DNA of 64,000 nt from Lama glama (lineage: Eukaryota). This document shows, piece after piece, positions 13,739 through 26,259 of the stretch (position 1 is the stretch's first letter; every line of letters begins with the position of its first letter). The DNA lies in the NCBI GenBank assembly GCA_028534125.1, contig CM052816.1, forward strand, positions 27,840,001 through 27,904,000. Direction: 5' to 3'. The translations under genes and the position numbers were made by a program. Under the pieces are notes generated by a model, which saw only the letters and a program-made list of their open reading frames with translations, did not search any database and was not told where the DNA came from.

Positions 13739-14825
13739 ATGAGAGTGTAGAGCTCTCTCTCTCCCCAACACCCCCACTCCAGAACTACCAGCCAGTACAC
13801 AGAGAACTCGCTAGGTATGCAACCATCCTAAGACCAAATTACCTTCTTCCAAAGCAGTGAATTGTTTTCCTAGGAGGACAAAAGGAGGTATACAACTAAG
13901 ACCACCTGGCAGCTAGAAGTGCTTCAGATATACCAGAGAGAAATGGGTGTCAGCACCTCCTATACATCATGCGTGCTGAGGTGCAGGGGTCACACTGGGT
14001 GAAGAGGTGTGGAGGCCCTCATTGCAGGACGGATCAGTGCCACAAGGGCAGGAGGGAACTGCCAGGACACCAGGAGCTCTAAATACTTTGAGCAGGGTAG
14101 AGTTTATTAGCAGAGACCTATACCTGTGGTGCCTTCCAGGGATCAGGTACTAGTATGGTAGGTCAACTTTTATTGCTTTTTGCTCTATGTAATATTTTTC
14201 ACATTTTTATAATGAAACATAGTAAAAATACTTATTTTATTTTCGGTTTGGTAATTTTAGTATTTAAGTCACTGTGAGGCTGATATAGGTATCTTCTTCA
14301 TTAAGCCTGAGTGTCTTTTTTTTTTTTAATATGAGTATTTTTCTTGGGAGTTTATCAGTGGGAATTCTCTGAAGTTTGAATTGAAAGTGGGTTCTTGTAG
14401 AGCAGATTTATGTTTGCTTCCGCCAGGCACTTGAAAATACTTCTTTCCAACCAGGGCCACTCCGCAGTAAATTCTTACTGTGAAATCTTTCAGATCTTTC
14501 AGGTTATGTGGATTCTGGCTAAAAATATAAATGAGAACCGACTGGGCACTGCAGATCCTTTGGGGGAATTGCCCCCTTTAGTAAGTGACCGTTGTCAAGG
14601 CAGATTATATTCTTTGTAGCACCCTGGGTATGAATCTGTGTTTCTAAGAATCCCTTACTCTGATGACAGGATCTTTTGGATTAGGGGGGAGGGGAGTTTC
14701 TCCTAATAGATGTTCCTCCTCATCCCTAAGGCCCTGCAAGGCCATGAAAAATTGAATCATACATATTAAGTTGGCACTTCCTTTAAGGTGGAAGCCAAAT
14801 TCAGTGCTCCACAAGAGTTCTACAG

Positions 14826-15043
14826 CAGGACTTGGCAAACTTTTCCTGTGGGCCATATAGTAAATATTTTAGAGTTAACAGGCCACATATTCACAGGCCA
14901 CACGGTTTCTGTCACATATCCTTCATTTGCTTGTTTCTTAGTTTTACTTACAACCCTTTAAAAATGGAAAAACTATTCTTAGCTCTGGAGACATGCAAAC
15001 ACAGACCATGGTTTTTATTTGGCCCATTGCTAACAGACTCCTG
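14826..15043. mobile_element. hAT-Charlie MITE, MER58-like
   Basis: CAGGACTTGGCAAACTTTT..GGGCCATATAGTAAATATTTTAG..CAACCCTTTAAAAATG..GACTCCTG. Confidence 0.85.
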
Positions 15044-15059
15044 CTTAAGAGTAGATTCC

Positions 15060-16660
15060 CCTTTCACTTACCTATTTTTTTGGTCTCTGAGATGCTTCAG
15101 TTTTCACTGATACATTTTTAAAGTCTATGAGATTTTTTTTCTGGCATTTTTTATGGTTTTCAGTTATAATGTCAGTCAGAATATCCATTACTGTTCAAAA
15201 CAGAAATTTTTGTTTTATTTTAGGCAGTCTATAACTATTTATTTAAATTCTCACATTTTCCATTTTCTGTTCTTACTGGGTTTTTCTTCTATCTCAGACC
15301 TTTTTGGCATAACCCTCCTTATCTTTCATATACATATATTAGCTATGCCATTGGTGAGAGCCTTGTTGGTCAAATTCTCATGATATGTATTCTTTTTAAA
15401 AGATTGTTTCACTGTACAGTTAATTATATGTTCCCTTTAATTTTCCTCAACCCTTTGAAGATACTGCAGATTTAATTTTACTTACCCTGAATGGAATATA
15501 TTGTGCATTCTGATTCTGGAGATTTATATTTTTTTTATTAATTTCAGGAAATTGTCTGCTATTACCTCTCTGATTATCTACACCTCATTCCACTTCTTTG
15601 TCCCTTAAAAACTCCAGTTAGATGTATGTTAGAGTTCTCAGTGTCCTCTGTTTCTACTTTCTCTTTCATTTTGTCTGTCTCTTTTTCCCTGCTCCCCTTC
15701 CTCCCTTTCTGGCTTTCTAATAATTTCCTATAAGTTATTTTCTAGTTCTCTCATACCTTCTTTGGTTGTATAATGTTTTGCTGTTTAATTCATCCATTGT
15801 ATGTACATTTTAAAAGTTTTAATCATTATCTGTTTGTCTAAGTTCAATTTTTAAATGTGTGTTCACTTATCAATGTGAATAGTTCCTCATTACTTCTTAT
15901 TGTTCATGTTTTCCTTTATAAAATATCCTTTAAAAATATCAAACATGCTGGATTTTATACCTTGTGTTTGATAATTACAGTATCTGAAGAGTTAAAATAT
16001 ATTTGTGTTGTTTATACTCATTCTATCTTTGGTGTCTCATTTTCTTTCTTCTTTTTTATTTGACAGTTTAAAGTGTTTTGGGGACATTCCATGTAGTAAT
16101 TCTGTGAGGCCTAGAATGAGAAGATTGGCTTTTGCCAGGTACCTTGGTGCTTACCCAATACAGAATAGTTGATTTAAATGAAATGTCTTGATTTACAGTT
16201 TTTAAACCATGTGGGTAGTAAGCCTTTAAATGTTATGTCTGCACGTAGTCTGTTTTTTGAATACATATTCTCAGGGAAGAACATTCTATTTCACTCAATT
16301 CATAGCCAAAGGAATGATCAACAAATTTTGTTGCTATCTCCTTTGGCAGAGAATAGTTATTTTTCTAGTTTACTTTTTCACTGAGGGTGAACCTTCACAG
16401 GTACACCTTTAAGGGTTTTCTCTGTTCAGACTTCCTAGCTTTTTGTAATAAAAGCTATTTGTTACCAAGAATCAGCAAATGCCCTCAAGTGCTACTATGT
16501 TTGATGATTTCCATATTTGCTTTGTTTTTGGTCTCTTGAGATTCTCTTTATTCTTTTTTTCTCCAAGTATACTTTTAAATGGATATCTATAATATTTTCA
16601 CTATCATATTTAGGTATTTAGGAGCAAAAAAAATTTCCAGATTTGTAGGATTTCCCAGAA
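15060..16660 (-). mobile_element. Old L1 (L1M/L1ME-like) fragments, antisense
   Basis: T-rich degenerate L1-like text (TTCAGGAAATTGTCTGCTATT, ACTCCAGTTAGATGTATGTTAGA, CTGTTTAATTCATCCATTG). Confidence 0.55.
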
Positions 16661-16779
16661 AAAGAAATGTGTTGACATTTTTTTTTCCTTCAGAGAAGAC
16701 AAAATACTTAAGATGTAGTATCAAATTTTATTTTACTGGAATCAGATACTGTTATTATGATCATAGGAAATTATTTACA

Positions 16780-16930
16780 TTTAGAATCTCAGTTTCTTTA
16801 ATCAATTAGGGTCCTATTGATACCGGTCTCATGGTGCTGTAGGTTGGTGTATATGAGGTAGTGTGTATTAACATACTTCTGAAAACCATAATGCACTACA
16901 CAAATATTAGGTGGTATTATTATTATTTTT
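16780..16930 (+). mobile_element. MIR SINE core and tail
   Basis: TCTCAGTTTCTT core and a tail ending AATGCACTACACAAATATTAGG..TATTATTATT. Confidence 0.65.
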
Positions 16931-18029
16931 ACCATAATTATCATTTTCAGCATGGCTCAGTCAAGTTCTCCAAACCAAAAAATAAAACTTCTGTTAATAT
17001 ATAATTACGTATTTACAATGTTTCAGACAGAGAAAGAAAAATGTTTCTTCATGGGCCTTACGAAAATTGAAACCATTTTTTTTAACAGGACAAAACAGAA
17101 CAAAGTACATACCCACAATAAGAATGAAAACTTATTTGTGTTTGTTTATCACTTAGCAAAATAATAAGTAAAGTCAAATAAAGCCATTATTTTATAATAC
17201 TATGGTTAACTTTGATAATGTCTCAGGGAAGAAAACAAATAAAAATTCTCTTTTCCTAAGTTAAAGTAAAACACAAGTATAGATTTCTCAACAGAAAATG
17301 CTATTTGCCAAACAAGCTAGAATTAAACTCCCATAGAATGTTTAACAAGCAACATATTCAGTTATTATCTACGTATTGTGGTATGTAATGCCATTTATTT
17401 ACACAACTAATAAAGTGTTTAATAACACTTTGAAGTACATAGTCTATCTTTTCCTTATTTCCTGCAACAGGTTTGCATGTAATTTTAAATTGTAATTATT
17501 TATACTGCTTACAAAGATATATTGTATTTTGTGCTACGTTATTTACTTGTCTGAAAAAGAATTTATTGCTTCACCTTCTAACAAGAGCAATACAGGAAGA
17601 AAGCCACATTTCTTAACCATAAATGATTAAAAGTTCATTTGGTCACAAATATGTCTTGTTTCATGATTACAGTTAGAGTTGAGGCTTCTGTGGGAAACAT
17701 TGTTTTAGTATATGTTTATTTTTTGGTTAACTGGTAAAGAACTCAAAGCATTTAATATCAATATCATAAGGAATATGACCAATTTAGTTCAATAGGAATT
17801 TTTTTCTGGTTGGGTAAGTTTAGAAAATTTATGACAGGAAAAATAAGACCTACTTCCAAAAAAAGCAAATTGAATACAGCAATTCATTCTGAATCTGAAT
17901 TCAATTTGAAATACATTGGAGAAGTTTTTATTTATCTAGTTTTAGGAAGATATTTTTAAAACTCTTCCATTTGTTAAACACTAAAAGACCAACACTTCCC
18001 TTTCAGATACACTTCAAGCACTTAATAAT

Positions 18030-18170
18030 GTTAATATTCTTAAACATCCTAATACCCCTGTGAATCTGTTTCCTACAGACAAGGAAACAAAGAATATAAT
18101 GTTGATAACTTGCACATGATTATTTAGCTAATGGAGGGTAAAGTCAGAATTTAAACAAGTTCGAGTTTCT
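18030..18170 (-). mobile_element. MIR fragment
   Basis: TACAGACAAGGAAACAAAG..ATAACTTGCACATGATTATTTAGCTAATG..AGAATTTAAAC. Confidence 0.5.
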
Positions 18171-18478
18171 GTATTGCCTCCAACCAGGTGTTTTAAAAAC
18201 TAAAGTTTTGTGTTCATATTGATAAAGTACTCTTTACTTGAGTGATCAATCTTAAAAATTTGAACTTTAAAAGAATGATTGATATATCAAATGAATGTTT
18301 ATTGATACAACTTCAGTAAATACAGCTAAGCAAAAAGAAGAATTTGGGGCAACTTAAAGGAACACATTTTTATACCAAGGCACAACCAGGGAGAATGTTC
18401 TTACCAAGAAGTAATTCCTGAATTTTCCAGCTGTTCTCCAGTGTCATATTTCTGATTCTAATGTCTCCCTAAAGGTGT

Positions 18479-18975
18479 TGACCAAGACAGATTTACTATT
18501 CACCTCAGCGTCACTAAATTTTAGACAGATGTCTTGACTATAGGGCATTGACCTCTTTTTCTGGGAGCATTTACCTAAGAAAACTTTCCACTGTAGATTC
18601 TTTGTCTGACTCTTTGACATATACATCTTCTCCCAGGCTCTTGACAGTTTTACAATCCAGGATTGTCTTTCTTGAGTATCTAGTCATCCTCCCTTTGAAA
18701 TATAATCATCAAGAAAGAGTTTCTGTGGGAGAGTAGGAGCCCACCTCTGGGAAGGGTCAGTTAGCAAACACAGATGACCTAATCACTCTGACAGGCTTCC
18801 TCCGTCAACATCCTCTAGTACTTTTCCACTAGCTCACAGCTCTCCCTAGTGTTAAAAATAAAACAAAAGCCTCTGTTTCAGTGGAAATGAGTTCAATTTC
18901 TTTGTTCCACTGCAATAGCCTTAATTTCTATTGCAATCATTTCGAATAAAGTCTTCCTAGTTGTTTTAAACAAAA
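18479..18975 (+). mobile_element. ERV1-class solo LTR (MER67/MER31-like), near complete
   Basis: Starts TGACCAAGACAG; shares motifs with 3231-3590; AATAAAGTCTTCC near the 3' end. Confidence 0.78.
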
Positions 18976-19234
18976 TATGATGGTATGGAGGTGAACTTTC
19001 TGCAGTTTATAGAGGTGGACTGTTTATAAGAAAGATTTATATAAATTGTTGACTCACTGTCTAAATCCTTTTCTTTTTTTAAATCTTTTTAGTTATTATC
19101 TTAGCTAATACTGTCTGATAACTTTTCTTTGTGATTCAGTGTATGGAGACACAGAGATAAATTGTAATGTTAGCAGAACATAGCAAATTAGGATGTGTTC
19201 CCAACTGGGAGAAATATGATCCTTTAGTTTTTAA

Positions 19235-19385
19235 AAATTCAACAAGTATTAATGTAAGCATTTGTTCAACTAATGTTAATTGTGCAAGTACCAGGCACCT
19301 TTTTAAGTGCTAGATTTATATGTACTGGAAGGTAAGTGAGACAAATTCCCTAACCTCCAGGGGCTTGCATTCTATGCAGATGTGA
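19235..19385 (-). mobile_element. L2 3' end
   Basis: ATTCAACAAGTATT..CCAGGCAC..TAAGTGCT..CCTCCAGGGGCTTGCATTCTA. Confidence 0.6.
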
Positions 19386-20576
19386 TGAGTCAAACAAACA
19401 AAACAAGGCCTCCATCACATTGTTTAACGGTGAGTAAAACCCTAAACTGAAAAGGATATGTATTGTACTTGGAGTGTTTGACAAGTGTTGGTAAATGTAT
19501 GCAAATAGGGCAAGGTTTACTGTCAATAAAGCACCACAGTTTGGCATTCTTTCTATATATTTTCTTCTTTTCTCTTCTGCTCTTATCTTCTACAAAAGGC
19601 CATTAACTGCTGATATACATTTTGTGAATTATGACACTCAGGTCTGGCTTGACATGATTTACCCTATTCAAATCCTTAAGGCTGCTAAGTGGAGCAGAAT
19701 ACTGAGCTCTTGAGGAGAGAGATAATTGCTCATTTTAAAACACAGACACATGCACATGACATTTGGTGAGGAAAAAAAACTCTGTGACAAGCAAAATTAA
19801 GGTATAGTTGGGAGTTTATGCAAAAGTTAAATTTCTTATAGTCTATGATAATTTCCTGATAACACCCTAATTCACATATGAAACATCCCTAGAATTTTCT
19901 TTCGTAAATGTTCACTATCTTTACATCATAATTGTATTTCTTTAGCTTGTTACAGAATAAGTAATCCATCTAAATGCTACTGTATTTTTTGAATCATGAT
20001 GCAATAATTTTGTCAAATCAATAATAGTATTTATTTTCATTTCCATCCTAAAGGTAATGCATGTTCATTACTGAATATATTGCAAACTGAAAAATAGTTT
20101 GTGCTTTTTGTTTGGGTGCCACACAATTTCAAGGTAACATTTCAGTGAACTCATTTACGTGGCATGATAGTGTACTTTAAAAATTATAGTAATTAGAATA
20201 AGCATCATTATATTGGTTTATGAGTATTAAATAAGGAGAAAGGACAAATCTGAAACGAATTGTTTTTCAGAAAGACCATATATTTTTGAAAGGGATTCTA
20301 TGCAAAACAACTTTGTTCTGCTGTAAGCTTAAAATTAAATCTTGTTACAAGCAAGAAAGTTACAGATTATTGATTTTCTTAGTCATTAATTCACCCAAGG
20401 CATTATCTCACTCTTTATAGCATTTAGCTGCTTTAATTTACTTATCAAAGCTAAGGATAATCAGCATCCTTTACCCTTTCACTAAACAAATCAACATAGT
20501 AATTTTCTCTAATCAGATACTGTTGTATTGCAGAGAAACACATCTTATAGAACCCTGACTGGTCCCTTCACGTAAA

Positions 20577-20622
20577 ACATGCGCACACGCGTGCGCGCGC
20601 GCGCGCACACACACACACATAT
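20577..20622. repeat. Alternating purine-pyrimidine (GC)n(AC)n microsatellite
   Basis: ACATGCGCACACGCGTGCGCGCGCGCGCGCACACACACACACATAT. Confidence 0.95.
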
Positions 20623-23049
20623 CCCAAACACACAAAAAAGCAATAAAAATCATTTTTTTAGTTTCATAAAGAGTGATTGAAAATATGGCAAAACCACTGC
20701 ATTGCATACCATGACACCAACCGCCATCTAATTTTTGTGTTTGTTTTCCTTTGTTTGTGTGTGTCTGTTTCTGTGTAAATGGTAGGAGTAATAATTTTAA
20801 AGGTGAAATATATTGAGTTGTCCATGGTGTCTAAATATTGAATTAAATTGACATCAAGTTCAACTTCTATGACAAAGAAAACAAAACCTTTACCTAGCTA
20901 TATAAATCTAAACCTCCTGTTGAGAGATCAGTATTTGTTCTTTTATCTTTGGGTACTATCAGTCCATTGCTCCTGTTGGTTATTTTAACCATTTTACTGA
21001 GTAAACTCATCCATGCTCAGAGTTTTAACTTTAATCTCAAAGAGACACCCAATAGTCTATCTACCCTTTGGCCTCCTTGACTCTCAGCCATGTAATATTG
21101 TGATTGTTAATAATGGAAGAAACAAGGAAACCATCTTTTATACAAGAGCTGTATTTATATTTATATGTAAGCTATACATAAGCTTGAAAAACACTTTCAA
21201 ACACATCTTGTTTTACCTTTGAGGTACTTTGGCGTTGGTAGGGAAGGTAATGTTCTTCCTGACATGTGATCTACACAGATCCCCTAATTTTGCATCAAGC
21301 CTAACGTTGGCAGGATTGACCCCGTACATCTCCCTGCTCATTCATTGGTGTCAGAGGACTCTAGACCGCTCTGTTGGCTCTCTAATTATTCCCTTCCTCT
21401 CGCCTGCTCCATCAGAATGCACTAGTGTTTGTTTGATACTGCTCTTCAGTCTGCACCTTCTCTACTTCACATCCCTTCCCCATTTTCGATCTTCATCATT
21501 GCATAGTTAACTCATCCTAACAACCTCCAGATTGTTTCCTTGACAGTAGAATTTTCTCTTTATACTGCATATTAAAACCAAGCCATCTTCCTAGTCTGAC
21601 AATTTTAGCAGCCACACTCATAGAAGAATCACTGTTTTTTCACTTTCTTTCGCATATATTCAAGTTCCTTCTGGGCATCTAAGGAACAGTGTACTATGGC
21701 TGTGTCTTACATTTCTCACTTTACTATCGTTTACCATATTCCAACACAGCCTCCTGATTTCAGTCAACTTGACTCTTTAGAATTGTTCTCACACAGGTTT
21801 TTATTCTAACACATGGGTTTTTGCTTATGGTGCCTGACTGACTTGACAGGTTGTCCTTATTCCTCTCTTCCTGTCTGTTCTTATCCATACCTCAAGGCCA
21901 AAGTCTAATTCTACTTTCTCAAATCCTGCATCAAACTGAGTTCATCTTCCAGACCTTAATATCTGTACTGGAGAGTTTAGCTCTTGATTTTTCTTTATTG
22001 TAGTTTATTGCATTCACTTGGGGATCATACAGTAAATACTTTTCTATGTAATGTTAACCCTCTGAATTGTATATTTTGGAAAGCTAGTTGGTATGTTGTA
22101 TGAAGCAGCAGGGAATTCTTTTTTTCCCTTTCCCTTTCTTCCTTTTGCCTGAAAGTCTGTGACTGGTTAAGCTTTAACCTGCTGTAGGGAAATTCATATT
22201 GGCATCCAGATGGTGAGAGCTTTGTATATGGTTTGCCTTTCACTGTGGATCCTGGTGACTAAGTGCCTCTCCTCAGACTGAGAATAATTGACCTCAAGCC
22301 TTAAATATAAGCATCATGGCAGCTTGGGGCTGCAAGTCACTGTAATCTAGCATAACATTATCCAGCACAAACTAATTTATTTAAATAGCCAATATGTCCA
22401 TAAATATCAATGAAATGGCCTGTTTTCCTTTCTATAGTAGCAACTTTACAACAAGTACGATATATATATCTGTTTCTTTAAGATAATTATTTAACACCTC
22501 AGGAGCTAAGACTAAAGTTAAACCTCATACACGAAATCATTGTCTAGGGCACAAAACTGCAACTAAAAACCTTATTTGTAACTCTTAGATTCAAATAGGC
22601 AAATAGGAGTCATGAGTAAAGAATTATGGGAACCATCATTTTCAATTTTCTGTTAAAAGTACCTTAAAGAGAGTAACTTTCAGTAATTCAAAGCACCTAG
22701 TTTTTCTAAATGAATAAATTAGAATGAAAATAAGTATCTGAAAAACTCTCTTTTATAAAATAACTCAGTGGCAAAAATGAAAAAGAATGCACTTTGTCAA
22801 GCACCACAAAACTAAAATGCCTTGTGCTAACTTCAGCACTGACTTTGGAAGTTGGAGGAGCACCATGGGAAATATGACACTGATGGAGCTTCATGAAGAG
22901 AAGCATCAGTAAAATTCGCAGGAGTTGAAATGTTTTTAGAAAGTGCTATGGAATGAAGAGGGGAAAATTGGAATTTTGTTTTTGGAGACATTTACTTTCA
23001 TTTGAAGGCAACTGTTTTCCTCAATTCCATTTATTTTCCTAACTGCTTT

Positions 23050-23890
23050 AAAAAACTATGGAGAAGTACATATAATATAAAATTTACCAATTTAACTATT
23101 TTAAAGTGTGTGATTTAGTGGCATCTACTAAATTCACAATATTGTACAACCATTACCTCTATGTAGTTCCAGAACATTCTCATTGCCCCGAAAGGAAACC
23201 CTGGTGCCATTAAGCAGTCACTTCCTATTTTCCCTCTCCAAATGGGTCCTGATAATCACTAATCTGCTTTTTGTCTCTATGGATTCATCTATTCTGGGTG
23301 ATTCCTATACATGGAATCATACAGTGTAGTCTTTTGGCTCTTGTTTATTTCACTTAATATAAAGTTTTCAAGGTTCACCCGTGTGGTGGCATGTATTAGT
23401 GCTTTAGTTCTTTTGTAACTGGATAGTATTTAATTGTTTGCCTATGCCATATTTTGTTTATCCACTCAATAATTAATGTACATTTTGCTTGTTTCTGCTT
23501 TTTGACTACTGTGAACTGTGCTGCTCTGACCATTCATGAATGAATACTGGTTTAAATCCTAGTCTTCAATTCTTTTGGATATATACATACATATATATGT
23601 GTGGAATTGCTGGGTCATGTGTTAATTTTACATTTAATTTATTAAGGAACCATCAAACTGTTTTCCACAAGTCCAGAACCATTTTACATTCCCACAAGCT
23701 ACATCTATCTCATAGTTCTAATTTCACCACATCCTCACCAACGAGTTATTTTCCATTTCCTTAAAAAAAAATTATTATAGCCATCCTGCTGTGTGGGAAG
23801 TGTATCTCATTTTGGTTTTCACTTGAATTTCTCTAATAGATAATGACAGAATATTTTCTCAGATGCTATTGGACATTTGTTTATCTTCTT
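23050..23890 (-). mobile_element. L1MB-type 3' end, antisense
   Basis: TTCCAGAACATTCTCATTGCCCCGAAAGGAAACCC..CCATTAAGCAGTCAC..GTGGAATTGCTGGGTCAT..TATAGCCATCCT. Confidence 0.88.
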
Positions 23891-26259
23891 GTTCCTAATA
23901 TTCTAAATGATCGTATGATTTTAACACCTTTAACCTATAGCATAAATTAATTCAACCTATGTCTTCCAAGGATTATCCCTAGACTAATGCTGAAAGATTA
24001 AAAAAAAAAACAAAACAAACCTTTTTAAACTAATAATTCAGAGCAAAGGATTATCTATGTAATTTGATCAGCTGTGTAATTTATTTTTGGCTAATTTTTA
24101 TATACCATTTATTAATAATTTTGTGCTCTTCAAGTGACATGAAATGAGAAATCATAAAACATATTTTCCTGAAAACTATTCATTAACCTAGAATAAGATT
24201 CAAATGTCTTGCATTTTCCCCCAATTTTTTTCCAAAAAATTTTAATTCAAATCAGTAAACCAGTGGGCAGCTGGATACTGGGTGTCCTGAGAGTGCAGTC
24301 TCTTTAAAGATATTTAATGATAAACAATTTTATCATTAGATTTCCCCACCTTTATTCTTCTTATCTGTTCTATTACTGTCTTTCACCTCGCTATCATTTT
24401 AGTCAGAAACAGATTTGTCTACTCATTAAGATTAAGAAAGGCAAGACAAATTATATCTTTCTATTTTGATGACTCTCTCATGATTTTAATTATCTCTCGG
24501 AGACTTTTCTTTCATACAAACCTCAACAAATTATATAGAACATGAGACAGGGCTTTGCCTATTTTTAAATAGTTAATAATGCAACTCTTGCAGAGAGTTC
24601 AAGAGTAGTATGACTTTTGGGTTATGTGACCTAAATTTGGTGGGCTAAGGTGTAAAGTGGGGGACTCCCAGCTTTGGGAGTGGCCTTTGAAACGTGGAGG
24701 AGGGCATTGCTGGAGGCAGTGGTGGGCCTTGCTTCCACCACACTGATTTACTCTAGGATTCCCTCAAGAAAAAAAGGAGCAGCTGAATTCTGCTTTTACT
24801 ACTTATTCTAGACTGCTTATAAGTGTTTACCATTTCTGAAAGAAGAACATGATCAAGGTGACTGTTGTTACAAAGAAAAGTTAAAACAATCTATTCCCAG
24901 ATTATTTCTACCTCTCTTCCATAGCTCCAATTAATAACCATAATAGAGTGAACTTAACCATGAGAAATAGTGGATATTTACTGAATATAATATACTTGCA
25001 CACTTTAAAAAATGAAGCAAATTTCACTTGTGATACCTGAAACTCTCTGTTGTACATAAAAGTTCTGTAGATAATTAATGCACTTAATTAACTATGGATG
25101 TAATTGGCTATTTTGGAAAGCAATTAGTCACTTCATTGTCATATGAGAGCAGAAGAGACAAAATATATACAAGTTAGAGAGCTGTAATTGTAATTATTTG
25201 AGGTTATTGTAGAGAACTCTTCTCTATATTAGACATTGGAGATAACCCTGAATCTACACAGGCAGATTAGAGATGACTATTTTTAAACTTTAAAAAAATA
25301 CCACTTTTGGTTTGCACTACTCAAACAAATTTGTTAAACCTTTGAGGCAAGCTCAACATAGGCAAATCTAAAGATGTTTGGCAACCCTAAATGATGTTAA
25401 AAACAAATTATTTTTTTAAATTGTAGTATTAATTAGGGTTACTTCCAGGGAATTAGGAATTCAGATAATTTCACTTCTACTTTATAGAGATAATTTTTTT
25501 TATAATATACAAATATTTACAGCTTAAAGAAAATTAATTAGCTTTAGAAACAAGTTGGTAAATATACAAAAAATTTGCCACTATTCAAAGTTCAGAAACT
25601 CTGTTTTTCATTGGCTGCAGAAACAAATCATTGGAGAAGAAATCCCTGATAGGTATTAATTCTGACAGATGGTCAAAGGCTGAAGTTAAAACTTACCATT
25701 TCCTTGCTTGGAAAGTTGCTTTCTTTTAGAAGTAATTTCCAAACTGTAACTCATCTGCAACTTACTGGAAAACACAAAGTATGGTAGAGTTCATTAAGGA
25801 AATGAAAGAATAATACATTTCATTATTTTTGGCATATACTATATATACCCTTTAGAAGATCTCCAAACAAAAGAATTATGTATGCTGTGATAAAGGTATT
25901 AAAATAGAGCCAATTAGTATATTCCACAGAGACTTGTCTTATAACTATTTCATTGGGGCAAATGAGTCAAAGTTCTGTACTAGATAGAACCTTTAGCAAA
26001 GTCCCCTGAGTGTGCTTCAGAGAGTGAGTGTTCTGAAGACCAGTTTCTCCAGTGAAAGGTTAACAAAACTAGGAACAGTGATAGGCTGAAGGCGCTTTTG
26101 CTTACATGTGTAAGTCATGTTCTGCACTGTGACAAGGTTTATGCAGCTTTGCTTAGTTCTTCCTGGTGAACGATATAACCTTACATAAAATAGTGCTGTC
26201 ATAAAGGAAGAATCAATCAAAAAGGACATTAGTAGTATGAAGGGCTTGTTAAAGTTGCC

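Noticed and set aside
24664..24741. Two 7-bp hairpins (ACTCCCA/TGGGAGT and GTGGTGG/CCACCAC)
   Set aside because: The stems are too short to exceed chance, and there are no ncRNA boxes or Pol III signals.
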